Below, one piece after another: positions 48,642 through 57,586 of a stretch of DNA of 64,000 nt. The stretch lies in NCBI GenBank assembly GCA_003599255.1, contig QZJF01000021.1:2287-66286 (forward strand). Direction: 5' to 3'. Position 1 is the first letter of the stretch. Each line of letters opens with the position of its first letter. The stretch comes from a candidate division WWE3 bacterium (lineage in GTDB: Bacteria; Patescibacteriota; WWE3; UBA101185; UBA10185). The notes beneath the pieces were generated by a model. The model made no database searches. It was given only the letters and a program-made list of their open reading frames with translations, and had not been told where the DNA came from. The translations under genes and the position numbers were made by a program.

Positions 48642-48690
48642 CAGGCGTCAATCTTAGATTATTTCAAAGGGTTGACGCCTGTTCCTTTTA
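48642..48690 (+). terminator. rho-independent terminator
   Basis: 10-bp stem CAGGCGTCAA/TTGACGCCTG followed by TTCCTTTT. Confidence 0.55.
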
Positions 48691-48719
48691 CGCCAGTTAT
48701 GCTATATATTTAAAATACT

Positions 48720-49766
48720 ATGAATCCAAGACTTAAAACCGGTTCTGAAAACGCCATAAGATTATGTCTAAGTGTTCAACCCTCAGATAGAGTCGTCATC
48801 ATAACAGATGATGAGACCATGGAAATAGGACAGGCACTTCAATCTGTTTCCCAGACGATAACACAAAGCGTTATGCTTATAAAAATTGAAGATTATATTA
48901 AGAGACCTGCTAAGGAGCTGCCTTATGACTTTGTGCAGAATATTCGGAATTTTAACCCAACAGTTTCTATTTATGCCGCTCAAGGACAAATCGGAGAAAT
49001 TCAAGTTTTTAGAAGTCCTTTGGTAAAGTTTCTAACTCAAGAGCTAAAGTGCAGACATGCGCACATGATTGGGGTGACAGGGCAACTTATGGAGGACGGC
49101 ATGAACAAAGATTATGCCAGAGTCTTCAAAGTAACAAACAACGTATTTAACAAGGTAAGCAACGCAACAAAGTTACTGGTAAAGGACGATTACGGCACGG
49201 ATATTACCTTTATACTTGATCCCACAAATCTTAAATGGATCCAGGACAACGGACGAATAGGTAAAGGGGAAATGAGAAATCTACCGGCAGGTGAAGTTTT
49301 TACCTCTCCCCTATCAGCCAAGGGAACTATAATAGCATGGGAACTTGGGGATTGGATGTGTAAGAAATATGGGGAACTTAAAACACCGCTTAAGCTTGAT
49401 ATCTTAAATGGACTTGTTTTTTCAGTTTCACCGGTAAATCGTAATGATAGTGTAGCTGCGGAAGCATCGGAAATTTTTTCTAATTACATTACTGAATTTG
49501 AGAACGGCAATCGCGTAGGAGAACTTGGGCTAGGAACTCTTATAGGTTTAACTAAGTTCGTAGGAAATCTCCTTCAAGATGAAAAATTCCCTGGGGTACA
49601 TATGGCACTCGGGCATCCTTATCCAGAGGAGACGGGAGCAAATTGGGACTCACCATCACATATAGATGTGATAGCTAAAAGCACGACAGTAACTGTAGAA
49701 CATACAGACGGAACACTTGAAGTAATCATGAGAAACGGTGTGTATTCCACAGATATACTGAAATGA
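48720..49766 (+). CDS. M29 family aminopeptidase (AmpS/aminopeptidase T-like)
   Basis: N-terminal A..L...L.V..GD.VVI pattern and C-terminal HMALGHPY ... SPSHIDVI metal-binding motifs. Confidence 0.7.
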   Translation: MNPRLKTGSENAIRLCLSVQPSDRVVIITDDETMEIGQALQSVSQTITQSVMLIKIEDYIKRPAKELPYDFVQNIRNFNPTVSIYAAQGQIGEIQVFRSPLVKFLTQELKCRHAHMIGVTGQLMEDGMNKDYARVFKVTNNVFNKVSNATKLLVKDDYGTDITFILDPTNLKWIQDNGRIGKGEMRNLPAGEVFTSPLSAKGTIIAWELGDWMCKKYGELKTPLKLDILNGLVFSVSPVNRNDSVAAEASEIFSNYITEFENGNRVGELGLGTLIGLTKFVGNLLQDEKFPGVHMALGHPYPEETGANWDSPSHIDVIAKSTTVTVEHTDGTLEVIMRNGVYSTDILK

Positions 49767-49794
49767 CAGTAAATATTTCCCTTAATCGCTAAAT

Positions 49795-49806
49795 TGGGTA
49801 TAATTC
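49795..49806 (+). promoter_or_regulatory. putative -10 region (TTGGGTATAAT) for tRNA-Lys
   Basis: TATAAT at 49800-49805, about 32 nt upstream of the mature tRNA 5' end. Confidence 0.3.
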
Positions 49807-49837
49807 CACATGTAATTCTGCCGATTTTAGCAGCAGG

Positions 49838-49912
49838 GGGGGCGTAGCTCAGTGGTAGAGCAGCGGCCTTTTAAGCCGCGTGTCGTGGGTTCGAACCCCA
49901 CCGCCCTCACCA
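49838..49912 (+). tRNA. tRNA-Lys (anticodon TTT)
   Basis: GGGGGCGTAGCTCAGTGGTAGAGC ... loop CUUUUAA ... GGTTCGAACCC ... ACCA. Confidence 0.9.
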
Positions 49913-49924
49913 TAAAAACCGCAC

Positions 49925-50257
49925 ATGAAAACACTCAAGTTTTCTTCAGAACTAGTTCCTCTAATACAAAACAGTTCAAAAACCACAACGTGGCGCCTAT
50001 TTGATGATAAGGACATTCAAGTGGGAGATTCTTTGATCCTGATAAAAAGACCGGAATTGCAACCCTTTGCCCTAGCTCGAGTAACCAAAGTTACTATTAA
50101 ATTACTTAAAGACTTAAACGACGATGACAAGGAAGGCCACGAGGATACAGGAACACCGGATAGTATGTATAAAAAATACTCAGAATACTACAAACAGCAA
50201 GTTACACCTGACACAGAAGTTAAAGTAATCAAATTTAAAATCGACCGATTACTCTGA
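49925..50257 (+). CDS. ASCH/PUA-like domain protein
   Basis: 110 aa; N-terminal beta-rich MKTLKFSSELVPLIQN..KTTTWR pattern typical of ASCH. Confidence 0.5.
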   Translation: MKTLKFSSELVPLIQNSSKTTTWRLFDDKDIQVGDSLILIKRPELQPFALARVTKVTIKLLKDLNDDDKEGHEDTGTPDSMYKKYSEYYKQQVTPDTEVKVIKFKIDRLL

Positions 50258-50311
50258 TATAATCCAAATTAACCTAAGAACAAAAACTATCAGATACGAG
50301 AGGAGCTGATT

Positions 50312-50602
50312 ATGTTAGTACCTTTAAGTGAAGAGAAACGCACCGAACTGCTACCATGGACATATTTTGTCGGAGTGGGATATTTTCCCTCTGTAGAGTC
50401 ATTTGCTTTGGGAATGACCCCTTCAGAAGAGTGTTTAATAGCCGATGTTTTCAGTGCAGAGACCTTGGAAACCGAAGTCAATCGCCTGATACGACCCACG
50501 GGATGGAAGCAAATCTTCTTTATTGTTACAAGCGAACCGGGCAGGATGCAAGTAACAAAGGAAGATGCATTGTGGTTTCTTAAGAACCGCGCAGAATATT
50601 AG
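50312..50602 (+). CDS. hypothetical protein
   Basis: 96-aa ORF with GAGGAG RBS. Confidence 0.45.
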   Translation: MLVPLSEEKRTELLPWTYFVGVGYFPSVESFALGMTPSEECLIADVFSAETLETEVNRLIRPTGWKQIFFIVTSEPGRMQVTKEDALWFLKNRAEY

Positions 50603-50620
50603 CTTTCTAAGGAAAAGGAA

Positions 50621-51154
50621 ATGGATCCAAAAGCGTACATAGGAACTTTCACAGGTAGAAAAGTAACTGTGTTTAACCCCAAACCTTCGGATATCGTCAT
50701 AGAAGATATCGCTGCTTCCTTATCCAAGGTTTGCAGGTTTACGGGTCATTGTAGCAGATTTTATTCTGTTGCCGAGCATTCAGTTTACGTCAGCAGAATA
50801 GTTCCACCGGAAGATGCAAAGTGGGGACTACTTCACGATGCTACAGAGGCTTACCTCGGTGATCTTGTAAGGCCGATAAAACGTCAGCCCGAAATGGCTT
50901 TTTATCGCACAGCTGAAAACAATTTTCAGAAATGTATAGCACAAGTATTTGGGCTTACTCCTGAGATACCCGACTCCGTGATTAAGGCTGATAACAATCT
51001 TCTTCTAACTGAATTGGTTCAGCTTATGAAGAACGTGGACATAAAAAATCCGAGTGTCGCAGGGTATGAAATCCTGGACATAAATTTGATGACGCTTCCG
51101 CCTTACGAGGCTGAACAATTCTTTCTTGATCGCTATGCTGAGCTTTTTGCTTAG
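50621..51154 (+). CDS. HD-domain phosphohydrolase
   Basis: H...HD...D metal-binding residues (AEHSVYV ... LLHDATEAYLGD). Confidence 0.75.
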   Translation: MDPKAYIGTFTGRKVTVFNPKPSDIVIEDIAASLSKVCRFTGHCSRFYSVAEHSVYVSRIVPPEDAKWGLLHDATEAYLGDLVRPIKRQPEMAFYRTAENNFQKCIAQVFGLTPEIPDSVIKADNNLLLTELVQLMKNVDIKNPSVAGYEILDINLMTLPPYEAEQFFLDRYAELFA

Positions 51155-51218
51155 CACCTAACCCGGGAATTACTTATTCATCTAAGAAATTCCCGGTTTT
51201 TTTGTTAAAATATGTATA

Positions 51219-53864
51219 ATGCCCCATGGACTTACATCATATGAAGCCCAACAGAGGCTTACTCAATACGGATACAACGAATTAACCGAAGTATCAAAAA
51301 CCACACCACTGAAAATTCTACTACGTCAGATCAGGAGTAATTTTATTATTTACATGCTTGCAGTGACAGTCGGAATTTCTTTTTTTGTGGGAAAATCAGT
51401 CACTGCTTACACAATCCTCGCAGTAATAATCTCGGTGATACTTGTCGGATTCATCCAGGAATATAAGGCAGAAGAGTCTATAAACAGCCTCAGAAAAATG
51501 TTGATGCCCGTATCAATTGTTTTTAGGGATAACAAGAAAACAGAACTTCCATCGCGCGAGATAGTTCCTGACGATGTACTAATATTGGGAAACGGTGAAA
51601 AAATACCCGCTGATTGCGAGCTAATTGAAACATACGAGCTTAGAGTCAATGAAAGCGCGTTAACCGGTGAATCAAAAGAAATCAAAAAGTCCATGGTAAT
51701 CCAAGACATACCCATAACAGATGAAAACAAAGTCTTTATGGGAACCTTTATCGTCAACGGAAGATGTCTGGCTCGAGTCACGCACACCGGCATGAACACA
51801 AGTTTTGGAAAAATAGCTCATCTGATATCAACGGCCGAGAAAGAGCTTCCTCTCCAGGAAAAAATTAACGATATAGCAAAATATATGGTAGCTGTAGCGA
51901 CGATTACATCAATTGTTACCGGGCTGATAATGGTATATCGGGCGCCACTGCTAGATTCGGAAACAATCATAGAAATTCTAATTCTGGTTATTGCTCTTGC
52001 GGTTTCAGCATTTCCTGAAGGATTTCCGGTGGTACTGGCAACCACACTTGCATTGGGTGCTAAAAGAATGTCGGAAAAAAACGCGATAGTAAATAGAATG
52101 TCCATTATAGAAACTCTCGGAGAAGTAACTGTAATATGTTCTGATAAAACGGGAACGATAACCCGGGGTGAAATGACGGTAAAATTTATTTTCACGGGTA
52201 ACGCACTCTATGAAGTCTCAGGAAGCGGGTACGTAGCCCATGGAAATATAACACTAGACGGTAAGGCTATTGACCTTGAGAAAGAAAAAGGAATCTATAA
52301 AATGATCAAAGCCGGGATTCTCTGCAACAATTCCGAAATTGAGAGAACCGGAGAAGATAATGAATATAGAGGTATGGGGTCACCAACGGAAACATCTTTG
52401 TTAATTTTAGGGGCAAAAACTGGGTTATTTAGCGAAAGTTTTGATTACCGGCGCATTAATGAATACACTTTCAATTCTGATAGAAAAATGATGTCGATTC
52501 TTTACTATCAGAATGGAAAACGTATTGTATACGCAAAGGGCGCACCGGAAATTATTCTGGAAAAATGCAACCAAACTTATGATAACGGAAATATTAAGAC
52601 TCTTTCAAAAGAAGACATAAGTAAAATCGCTGATCTGCAAAGAGAGATGGCCAAATCAGCATTTCGTACACTTGCTCTGTGTTACAAAGAAGTTGAAGGA
52701 GTGGACGAAAACTACGAAGAAGATGAATTTGTTTTTTTGGGGATTGTTGCCATGGAAGACTCTCCCAGAGAAGAAGTAAGCAAAGCTATCAAAACGGCTA
52801 TGAGAGCAGGAATAAATGTATACATGATTACAGGAGATAGCAGAGAGACCGCCCTTTCCATAGCAAAACAGATAGGCCTGGATACATCAGATAGAGTTCT
52901 GGATGGACAGGAAATTGACCAATTATCCGATAAGGAATTAGAAGTAAAAGTTAGAGAAGTAAATTTGTTTGCGCGTGTAAAACCGGAACATAAAATCAGA
53001 CTTGTAAGGATATTTAAAGAACTGGGTGAGACAGTTGCCATGACTGGTGACGGCGTTAACGACGCACCTGCTTTAAAAGAAGCTCATGTGGGTATTGCAA
53101 TGGGTAAAAACGGCACGGATGTCTCCAGATCCTCGGCTGACTTGATTCTTAAAGATGACAACTTTGCAACTATTGTCTCCGCCATAACTGAAGGAAGGAC
53201 TGTATTTAACAATATAAGAAAGTTTGTTACTTATCAGTTGAGCTGTAACCTTGCAGAAATTTTAACTCTTCTGGTTGGTGTAATTGTTGCACCCATTTTT
53301 GGATGGTATACCCCCCTTTTGGTTTCAATACAAATTTTATTCATGAATTTGGTGACGGACAATCTGCCGGCACTAACTTTAGGTTTAAATCCCACGTCAA
53401 TTGACATAATGGAAGAAAAACCACGTAACACCGAAAACATTCTCAACAAGGAACTTATCAAACTACTAATTACTACTGCCTCATTTATGGCAGTAAGTGT
53501 TCTTTCTGCATATTATGTTTCTCATAATGTATTGGGATTATCAACCGATGTAAGTAGAACTACAGCTCTATTAACATTCATCCTTATTGAAATATCAACT
53601 GCTTTCAGTTTCAGATCTTTTAGAAAGTTTACATTGAATAGGTCACCGTTAGTTAACAAGCATTTAGTTATCGCTTCTCTCGCATCAATGTTATTCACAA
53701 TCTTAATCATATACACACCGCTTAACGTGATTTTTGAAACAGTGCATATAGGTCCCCTGGAATGGACCATTGCCATTATATTTAACCTGATAATGATGTT
53801 CTTCAACGATATAACAAAGATTATTAATCTCAAAAACGAGTCATATTTGGCTGATACTAGATAG
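51219..53864 (+). CDS. cation-transporting P-type ATPase (type IIA, Ca2+-ATPase-like)
   Basis: CSDKTGTIT, TGES, MTGDGVNDAPALK motifs; 10 predicted TM helices. Confidence 0.9.
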   Translation: MPHGLTSYEAQQRLTQYGYNELTEVSKTTPLKILLRQIRSNFIIYMLAVTVGISFFVGKSVTAYTILAVIISVILVGFIQEYKAEESINSLRKMLMPVSIVFRDNKKTELPSREIVPDDVLILGNGEKIPADCELIETYELRVNESALTGESKEIKKSMVIQDIPITDENKVFMGTFIVNGRCLARVTHTGMNTSFGKIAHLISTAEKELPLQEKINDIAKYMVAVATITSIVTGLIMVYRAPLLDSETIIEILILVIALAVSAFPEGFPVVLATTLALGAKRMSEKNAIVNRMSIIETLGEVTVICSDKTGTITRGEMTVKFIFTGNALYEVSGSGYVAHGNITLDGKAIDLEKEKGIYKMIKAGILCNNSEIERTGEDNEYRGMGSPTETSLLILGAKTGLFSESFDYRRINEYTFNSDRKMMSILYYQNGKRIVYAKGAPEIILEKCNQTYDNGNIKTLSKEDISKIADLQREMAKSAFRTLALCYKEVEGVDENYEEDEFVFLGIVAMEDSPREEVSKAIKTAMRAGINVYMITGDSRETALSIAKQIGLDTSDRVLDGQEIDQLSDKELEVKVREVNLFARVKPEHKIRLVRIFKELGETVAMTGDGVNDAPALKEAHVGIAMGKNGTDVSRSSADLILKDDNFATIVSAITEGRTVFNNIRKFVTYQLSCNLAEILTLLVGVIVAPIFGWYTPLLVSIQILFMNLVTDNLPALTLGLNPTSIDIMEEKPRNTENILNKELIKLLITTASFMAVSVLSAYYVSHNVLGLSTDVSRTTALLTFILIEISTAFSFRSFRKFTLNRSPLVNKHLVIASLASMLFTILIIYTPLNVIFETVHIGPLEWTIAIIFNLIMMFFNDITKIINLKNESYLADTR

Positions 53865-53900
53865 TTTAGTGCAAACCAAAAGTGGTAAAATATACAAACA

Positions 53901-54314
53901 ATGCGTTTTTATATAGGCTATAAGTTTACTAACGTAGCAGACAAAGAAAATCTTAAAGCACGAGTACTGAAGATAGCTTATTACATTAACTCTAAAGGAC
54001 ACGAGACATTTGTACTTGGCCGGGACGTTCAAAACTGGCACAGTTCTCCTTTCCCGATGATTAAAACTCTTCCGCCTGTTTTCACAAATATGCTAAAAGC
54101 CAACATATTGCTCTCGGTAATTTCTGATAACTCCCGAAGCGTGGGTCTTTTGGTCGAAAATGTACTTGCAATGCTATTTTTTAAAAAACGCTATTACTTG
54201 GTAAAGAGCGGGGTAGGGGAAAATCTGTACACTTTCTTTGCAAACGTAGACAATATAGTCTACTACATGACTGATGCGGATATTGAATCTTCAATTCAAA
54301 AGCTTCTTGATTAA
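53901..54314 (+). CDS. hypothetical protein (nucleoside 2-deoxyribosyltransferase-like fold suspected)
   Basis: MRFYIGYKF N-terminus resembles the M.IYLAGPLF start of the PF05014 family; weak. Confidence 0.4.
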   Translation: MRFYIGYKFTNVADKENLKARVLKIAYYINSKGHETFVLGRDVQNWHSSPFPMIKTLPPVFTNMLKANILLSVISDNSRSVGLLVENVLAMLFFKKRYYLVKSGVGENLYTFFANVDNIVYYMTDADIESSIQKLLD

Positions 54315-54392
54315 CGACATCTCCGATGAATTTCTTAATCCCCTATCAATGTAAGAATATCTTCTTTACTTGCAGACCTCGCTCGGGTAGCA

Positions 54393-55778
54393 TTATTTAC
54401 CATCTTTCAACAATCTTTTAATATGGTCCTTTGCTTTTTTCGTTTTGACAAATTTTAACCAGTCCCGATTAGCATTAATTTTATTTGTGATTTTTATTTC
54501 AATATAATCCCCATTTTGAATTTCGTAGTTTAAACTGACGTATTTTTTATTGACATGTCCCCCAACACACTTGTCTCCCAAATCGGAGTGAAGCGAGTAC
54601 GCAAAATCTATTAAGCAAGAACCTTTGGGAAGTTCAATTATGTCTCCCTTTGGAGTGAAGGCGTAAATATTCTTTGAAAAAGGCACCGACTTAATAGGGT
54701 CTTCTGTGCTTTTTCTTATTTCCCAGAAACTGAGGTTTTTAAACCAAAATTTATTCTCTTCTGTGTACTTCTTAAATTTATTATATGCGAGAGAGGAAAC
54801 CCCCTTGTCGCCAATTTTGTACATAAGATGAGATGCCGGTCCGAATTCATTAAACTCATGCATATCGCGAGTTCTTATTTGAATCTCAATATCTGTCTTT
54901 GCGTCAATTCTGAATAAATTATGAATTGACTTGTATCCAGTTGGACGTGGACGGCTAATATAATCGTCCCTATATCGCTCATAACAATCTAATAAATCCT
55001 TTAATATACTTTCCACTATGTAACACTCATCGACAGTATCTACTAAAATCCTCATCCCCAATTTGTCCATAACTAAACCACGTTGCATTTTTTTATAAAT
55101 ACCGTATTTACTTTTTATGCGGTAGGTAATACTTCCATTTATGTCTTTTTCCCTAAGAATGTTATGTATTACATTTTTCATATCACTTAGGGTGTGATTA
55201 TATTCTTCAAAATTAGCCGAAAGGTCTTTTTCGATTCTATAGTATTCGCTGGGATTAATAATCTTAAATGCCACATCCTCTAACTGGTTGGACAGAATAC
55301 TAAAACCTATTATTTTTGATAAAGGGGCGTATAGGTACAATGCTCTATTGGCCGCATCAATTCTCTTATCCTTTTCCAAAGCGAAAGAGGTATCCAAGTT
55401 GTCTTTTCTGTCGGCTATTCGTATGGCAAGTGTCCTGACATCCTTTGCCATACTTATATAAGCTTGCATCAAAAAAGCCTCATTAAACTCGCTGGGAGTA
55501 TCTTTCTCGATGCTGGCTTTACTTAATACATGATAGTTTTTGAGGATCTCATAAAGTTCGTTTCCAAACACACGGGCAATTTCTTCCGTTTTTTCGGAAT
55601 ATTCAAGAACAGGGTGTATTAAGGCTGCGCTCAGAGTTAACTCATCGCGCACATGATTATCTTTAAGAATTTCGTATACTCTGAGTGAATGTTCGTGTAC
55701 CGTGTCTCCCGCTAATCTCTTATGATTTTTTAAAAGCGCCTGCGAGTACTCTAAGGCTTTATTTATCATTTCTGCCAT
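54393..55778 (-). CDS. short bifunctional (p)ppGpp synthetase/hydrolase, RelA/SpoT family
   Basis: N-terminal HD domain, synthetase motif YKSIHNLF ... EIQIRTRDMHEF ... ASHLMYK, C-terminal TGS domain; ACT/RRM regulatory C-terminus absent. Confidence 0.8.
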   Translation of the reverse strand: MAEMINKALEYSQALLKNHKRLAGDTVHEHSLRVYEILKDNHVRDELTLSAALIHPVLEYSEKTEEIARVFGNELYEILKNYHVLSKASIEKDTPSEFNEAFLMQAYISMAKDVRTLAIRIADRKDNLDTSFALEKDKRIDAANRALYLYAPLSKIIGFSILSNQLEDVAFKIINPSEYYRIEKDLSANFEEYNHTLSDMKNVIHNILREKDINGSITYRIKSKYGIYKKMQRGLVMDKLGMRILVDTVDECYIVESILKDLLDCYERYRDDYISRPRPTGYKSIHNLFRIDAKTDIEIQIRTRDMHEFNEFGPASHLMYKIGDKGVSSLAYNKFKKYTEENKFWFKNLSFWEIRKSTEDPIKSVPFSKNIYAFTPKGDIIELPKGSCLIDFAYSLHSDLGDKCVGGHVNKKYVSLNYEIQNGDYIEIKITNKINANRDWLKFVKTKKAKDHIKRLLKDGK

Positions 55779-55921
55779 AGAATTTTAAAAGAAATGCTGA
55801 ACCTCGTTAAGAATCGAGGATTTCAGAAAAAGCGAAAATAACTTCAAACAAAACTAATACTGTCGTTTAATCTAATATAGCTTTCATGCTGTCATGAAGT
55901 TCAGCCATTTCATATATATTA

Positions 55922-56188
55922 TTATCTATCTTCCTTAGGTCTGGCAACGGATACCACTATTGTTCTTCCTTCGATCTCCTTGTTGTTCAGTTCTTCAATA
56001 GCTTTTGATGCTTCTGCATCATTCTCCAGTTCAACAAAACCAAAACCTTTGCTTCTTCTGGTATTTCTATCAAAAATTACGGAAGCTGATACTACATTAC
56101 CGTAAGCTGAGAACATATCCATAAGAGACTGGTCAGTCATAGAATAAGGAATATTACCAACATATAATTTAGTCACAATAATCACCAC
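55922..56188 (-). CDS. RRM-type RNA-binding protein
   Basis: RNP2 LYVGNI and RNP1 KGFGFVEL motifs. Confidence 0.8.
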   Translation of the reverse strand: MVIIVTKLYVGNIPYSMTDQSLMDMFSAYGNVVSASVIFDRNTRRSKGFGFVELENDAEASKAIEELNNKEIEGRTIVVSVARPKEDR

Positions 56189-56301
56189 CCTTCGTTTTTT
56201 TATTAATCATACTAATATTACTCTGTAAATGGGAAATACTTGTAACTGTTTCATTAAAGGATTTCTAACATTCCTGGGAGCACAACGTATTATAGCATAT
56301 T

Positions 56302-56340
56302 AAGTAAAAAGCCGCTTGTATAAGTTAGTACAAACGGCTT
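56302..56340 (-). terminator. rho-independent terminator (minus strand)
   Basis: AAGCCG.TTGT/ACAA.CGGCTT imperfect stem, followed on the minus strand by TTTTTAC directly after the 56341 stop. Confidence 0.45.
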
Positions 56341-56589
56341 TTATTGTTGCTGGGGCAACGTTTCTGTTTCTTCTAAAAGCTTTGAAGAGTTAAACCTGCC
56401 AAAAAGTAGAGTCCATCCTGACTTAACCTTTTGTTCAAGAAACTCTTGTACGAGTAAATATGACTCTTGCAAACTGTCTACATCGTGGTGCAGAATATGT
56501 GATTCATATTCAGTACCCGGTGTGCCTACGGGAGGTTTCCCTTTCATAAAATGGCACTCATACTCAGTCCGCATTTTAGGAGACATCAT
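56341..56589 (-). CDS. hypothetical protein
   Basis: 82-aa ORF with its own terminator; His-rich N-terminal region. Confidence 0.4.
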   Translation of the reverse strand: MMSPKMRTEYECHFMKGKPPVGTPGTEYESHILHHDVDSLQESYLLVQEFLEQKVKSGWTLLFGRFNSSKLLEETETLPQQQ

Positions 56590-56663
56590 TTCACTTCCTT
56601 TCTTTGTTCTTGCGAGGTTGTTACCTGTATTTTAGCCTGTAAGAAAAGGGTGAAGCAACTGTT

Positions 56664-57122
56664 TTATCTGGTGACGGTTATAACGATCCCATTCTCAGCT
56701 AAAGGCGCAGTTACGGTGACCCGATCAGCCGGGGTCCTATATATTGAATAACCGGTTCCGTCCTGGGACTCACTTTTAGGATCAACAGGCATAGATATTA
56801 AATATTTGGTATTTGCAGTAAGAACTGTAAGATCAACAAGACCTGCGCAATTTGCTATACCGTCGCTTTTGCAAATTTCTGTTTCGGTGTCAGGAATAGA
56901 GACGGGGAGTTGACCAGTGTCGGTTGCATATTGATATATAGCAATGGAAATAGTGTGAAGTTCTAACCTTCTTTTTGTATTTCTGGAATTTCCCAGATGG
57001 ACATTGTAATTGATAACACTAAGGGTGATCCCGGCCAGAATTCCTATTATGGTAATTACTACCAACAACTCAACCAAAGTAAATCCCGAATGTTTATGTC
57101 TGGCAATGGAAACTTTGGGCAT
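56664..57122 (-). CDS. type IV pilin / pseudopilin (prepilin-type N-terminal methylation domain)
   Basis: GFTLVELLVVITIIGILAGI class-III signal with conserved E5. Confidence 0.75.
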   Translation of the reverse strand: MPKVSIARHKHSGFTLVELLVVITIIGILAGITLSVINYNVHLGNSRNTKRRLELHTISIAIYQYATDTGQLPVSIPDTETEICKSDGIANCAGLVDLTVLTANTKYLISMPVDPKSESQDGTGYSIYRTPADRVTVTAPLAENGIVITVTR

Positions 57123-57170
57123 TAGATAAATATTACTGCAGTTTTGTGTTTTACGCTATAAATGCTTGGA

Positions 57171-57518
57171 TTACACTCTTTCCTTTATTCTTCGTGCTTC
57201 TCGTCCTTTTTTATCTCTTAAATAGTATAATTTGGCTCTTCTGACTCTGCCTTTTTTGAGTATCTCAATCTTTTCAATATTAGGTGAATATAAAGGAAAG
57301 ATTCTTTCCATAGCAACATTATCTGCTCCAATACGACGCACAATAAACGTTTTAGATACGCCGGAACCTTTTTTGGAGATTACAATACCTTCGTAGGGTT
57401 GAATACGGGTCTTGTCTCCCTCAATTATCTTGTAGTGAACCTTCACGGTATCCCCCGCAATAAAATCGGGAAGTCCGGGTTGGTTTGTGACTTGTTCTTT
57501 TAGGTCTTGCTCGCTCAT
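57171..57518 (-). CDS. rplS: 50S ribosomal protein L19
   Basis: bL19 consensus ([21 protein letters not shown] ... RRAKLYYLR); start trimmed to MSEQ. Confidence 0.9.
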   Translation of the reverse strand: MSEQDLKEQVTNQPGLPDFIAGDTVKVHYKIIEGDKTRIQPYEGIVISKKGSGVSKTFIVRRIGADNVAMERIFPLYSPNIEKIEILKKGRVRRAKLYYLRDKKGREARRIKERV

Positions 57519-57586
57519 AGAATTATTAGAAATACGCAAGAGGTACAATAACAAATTATCAATGTTTTAGCAACAGGAAGGCGTTT

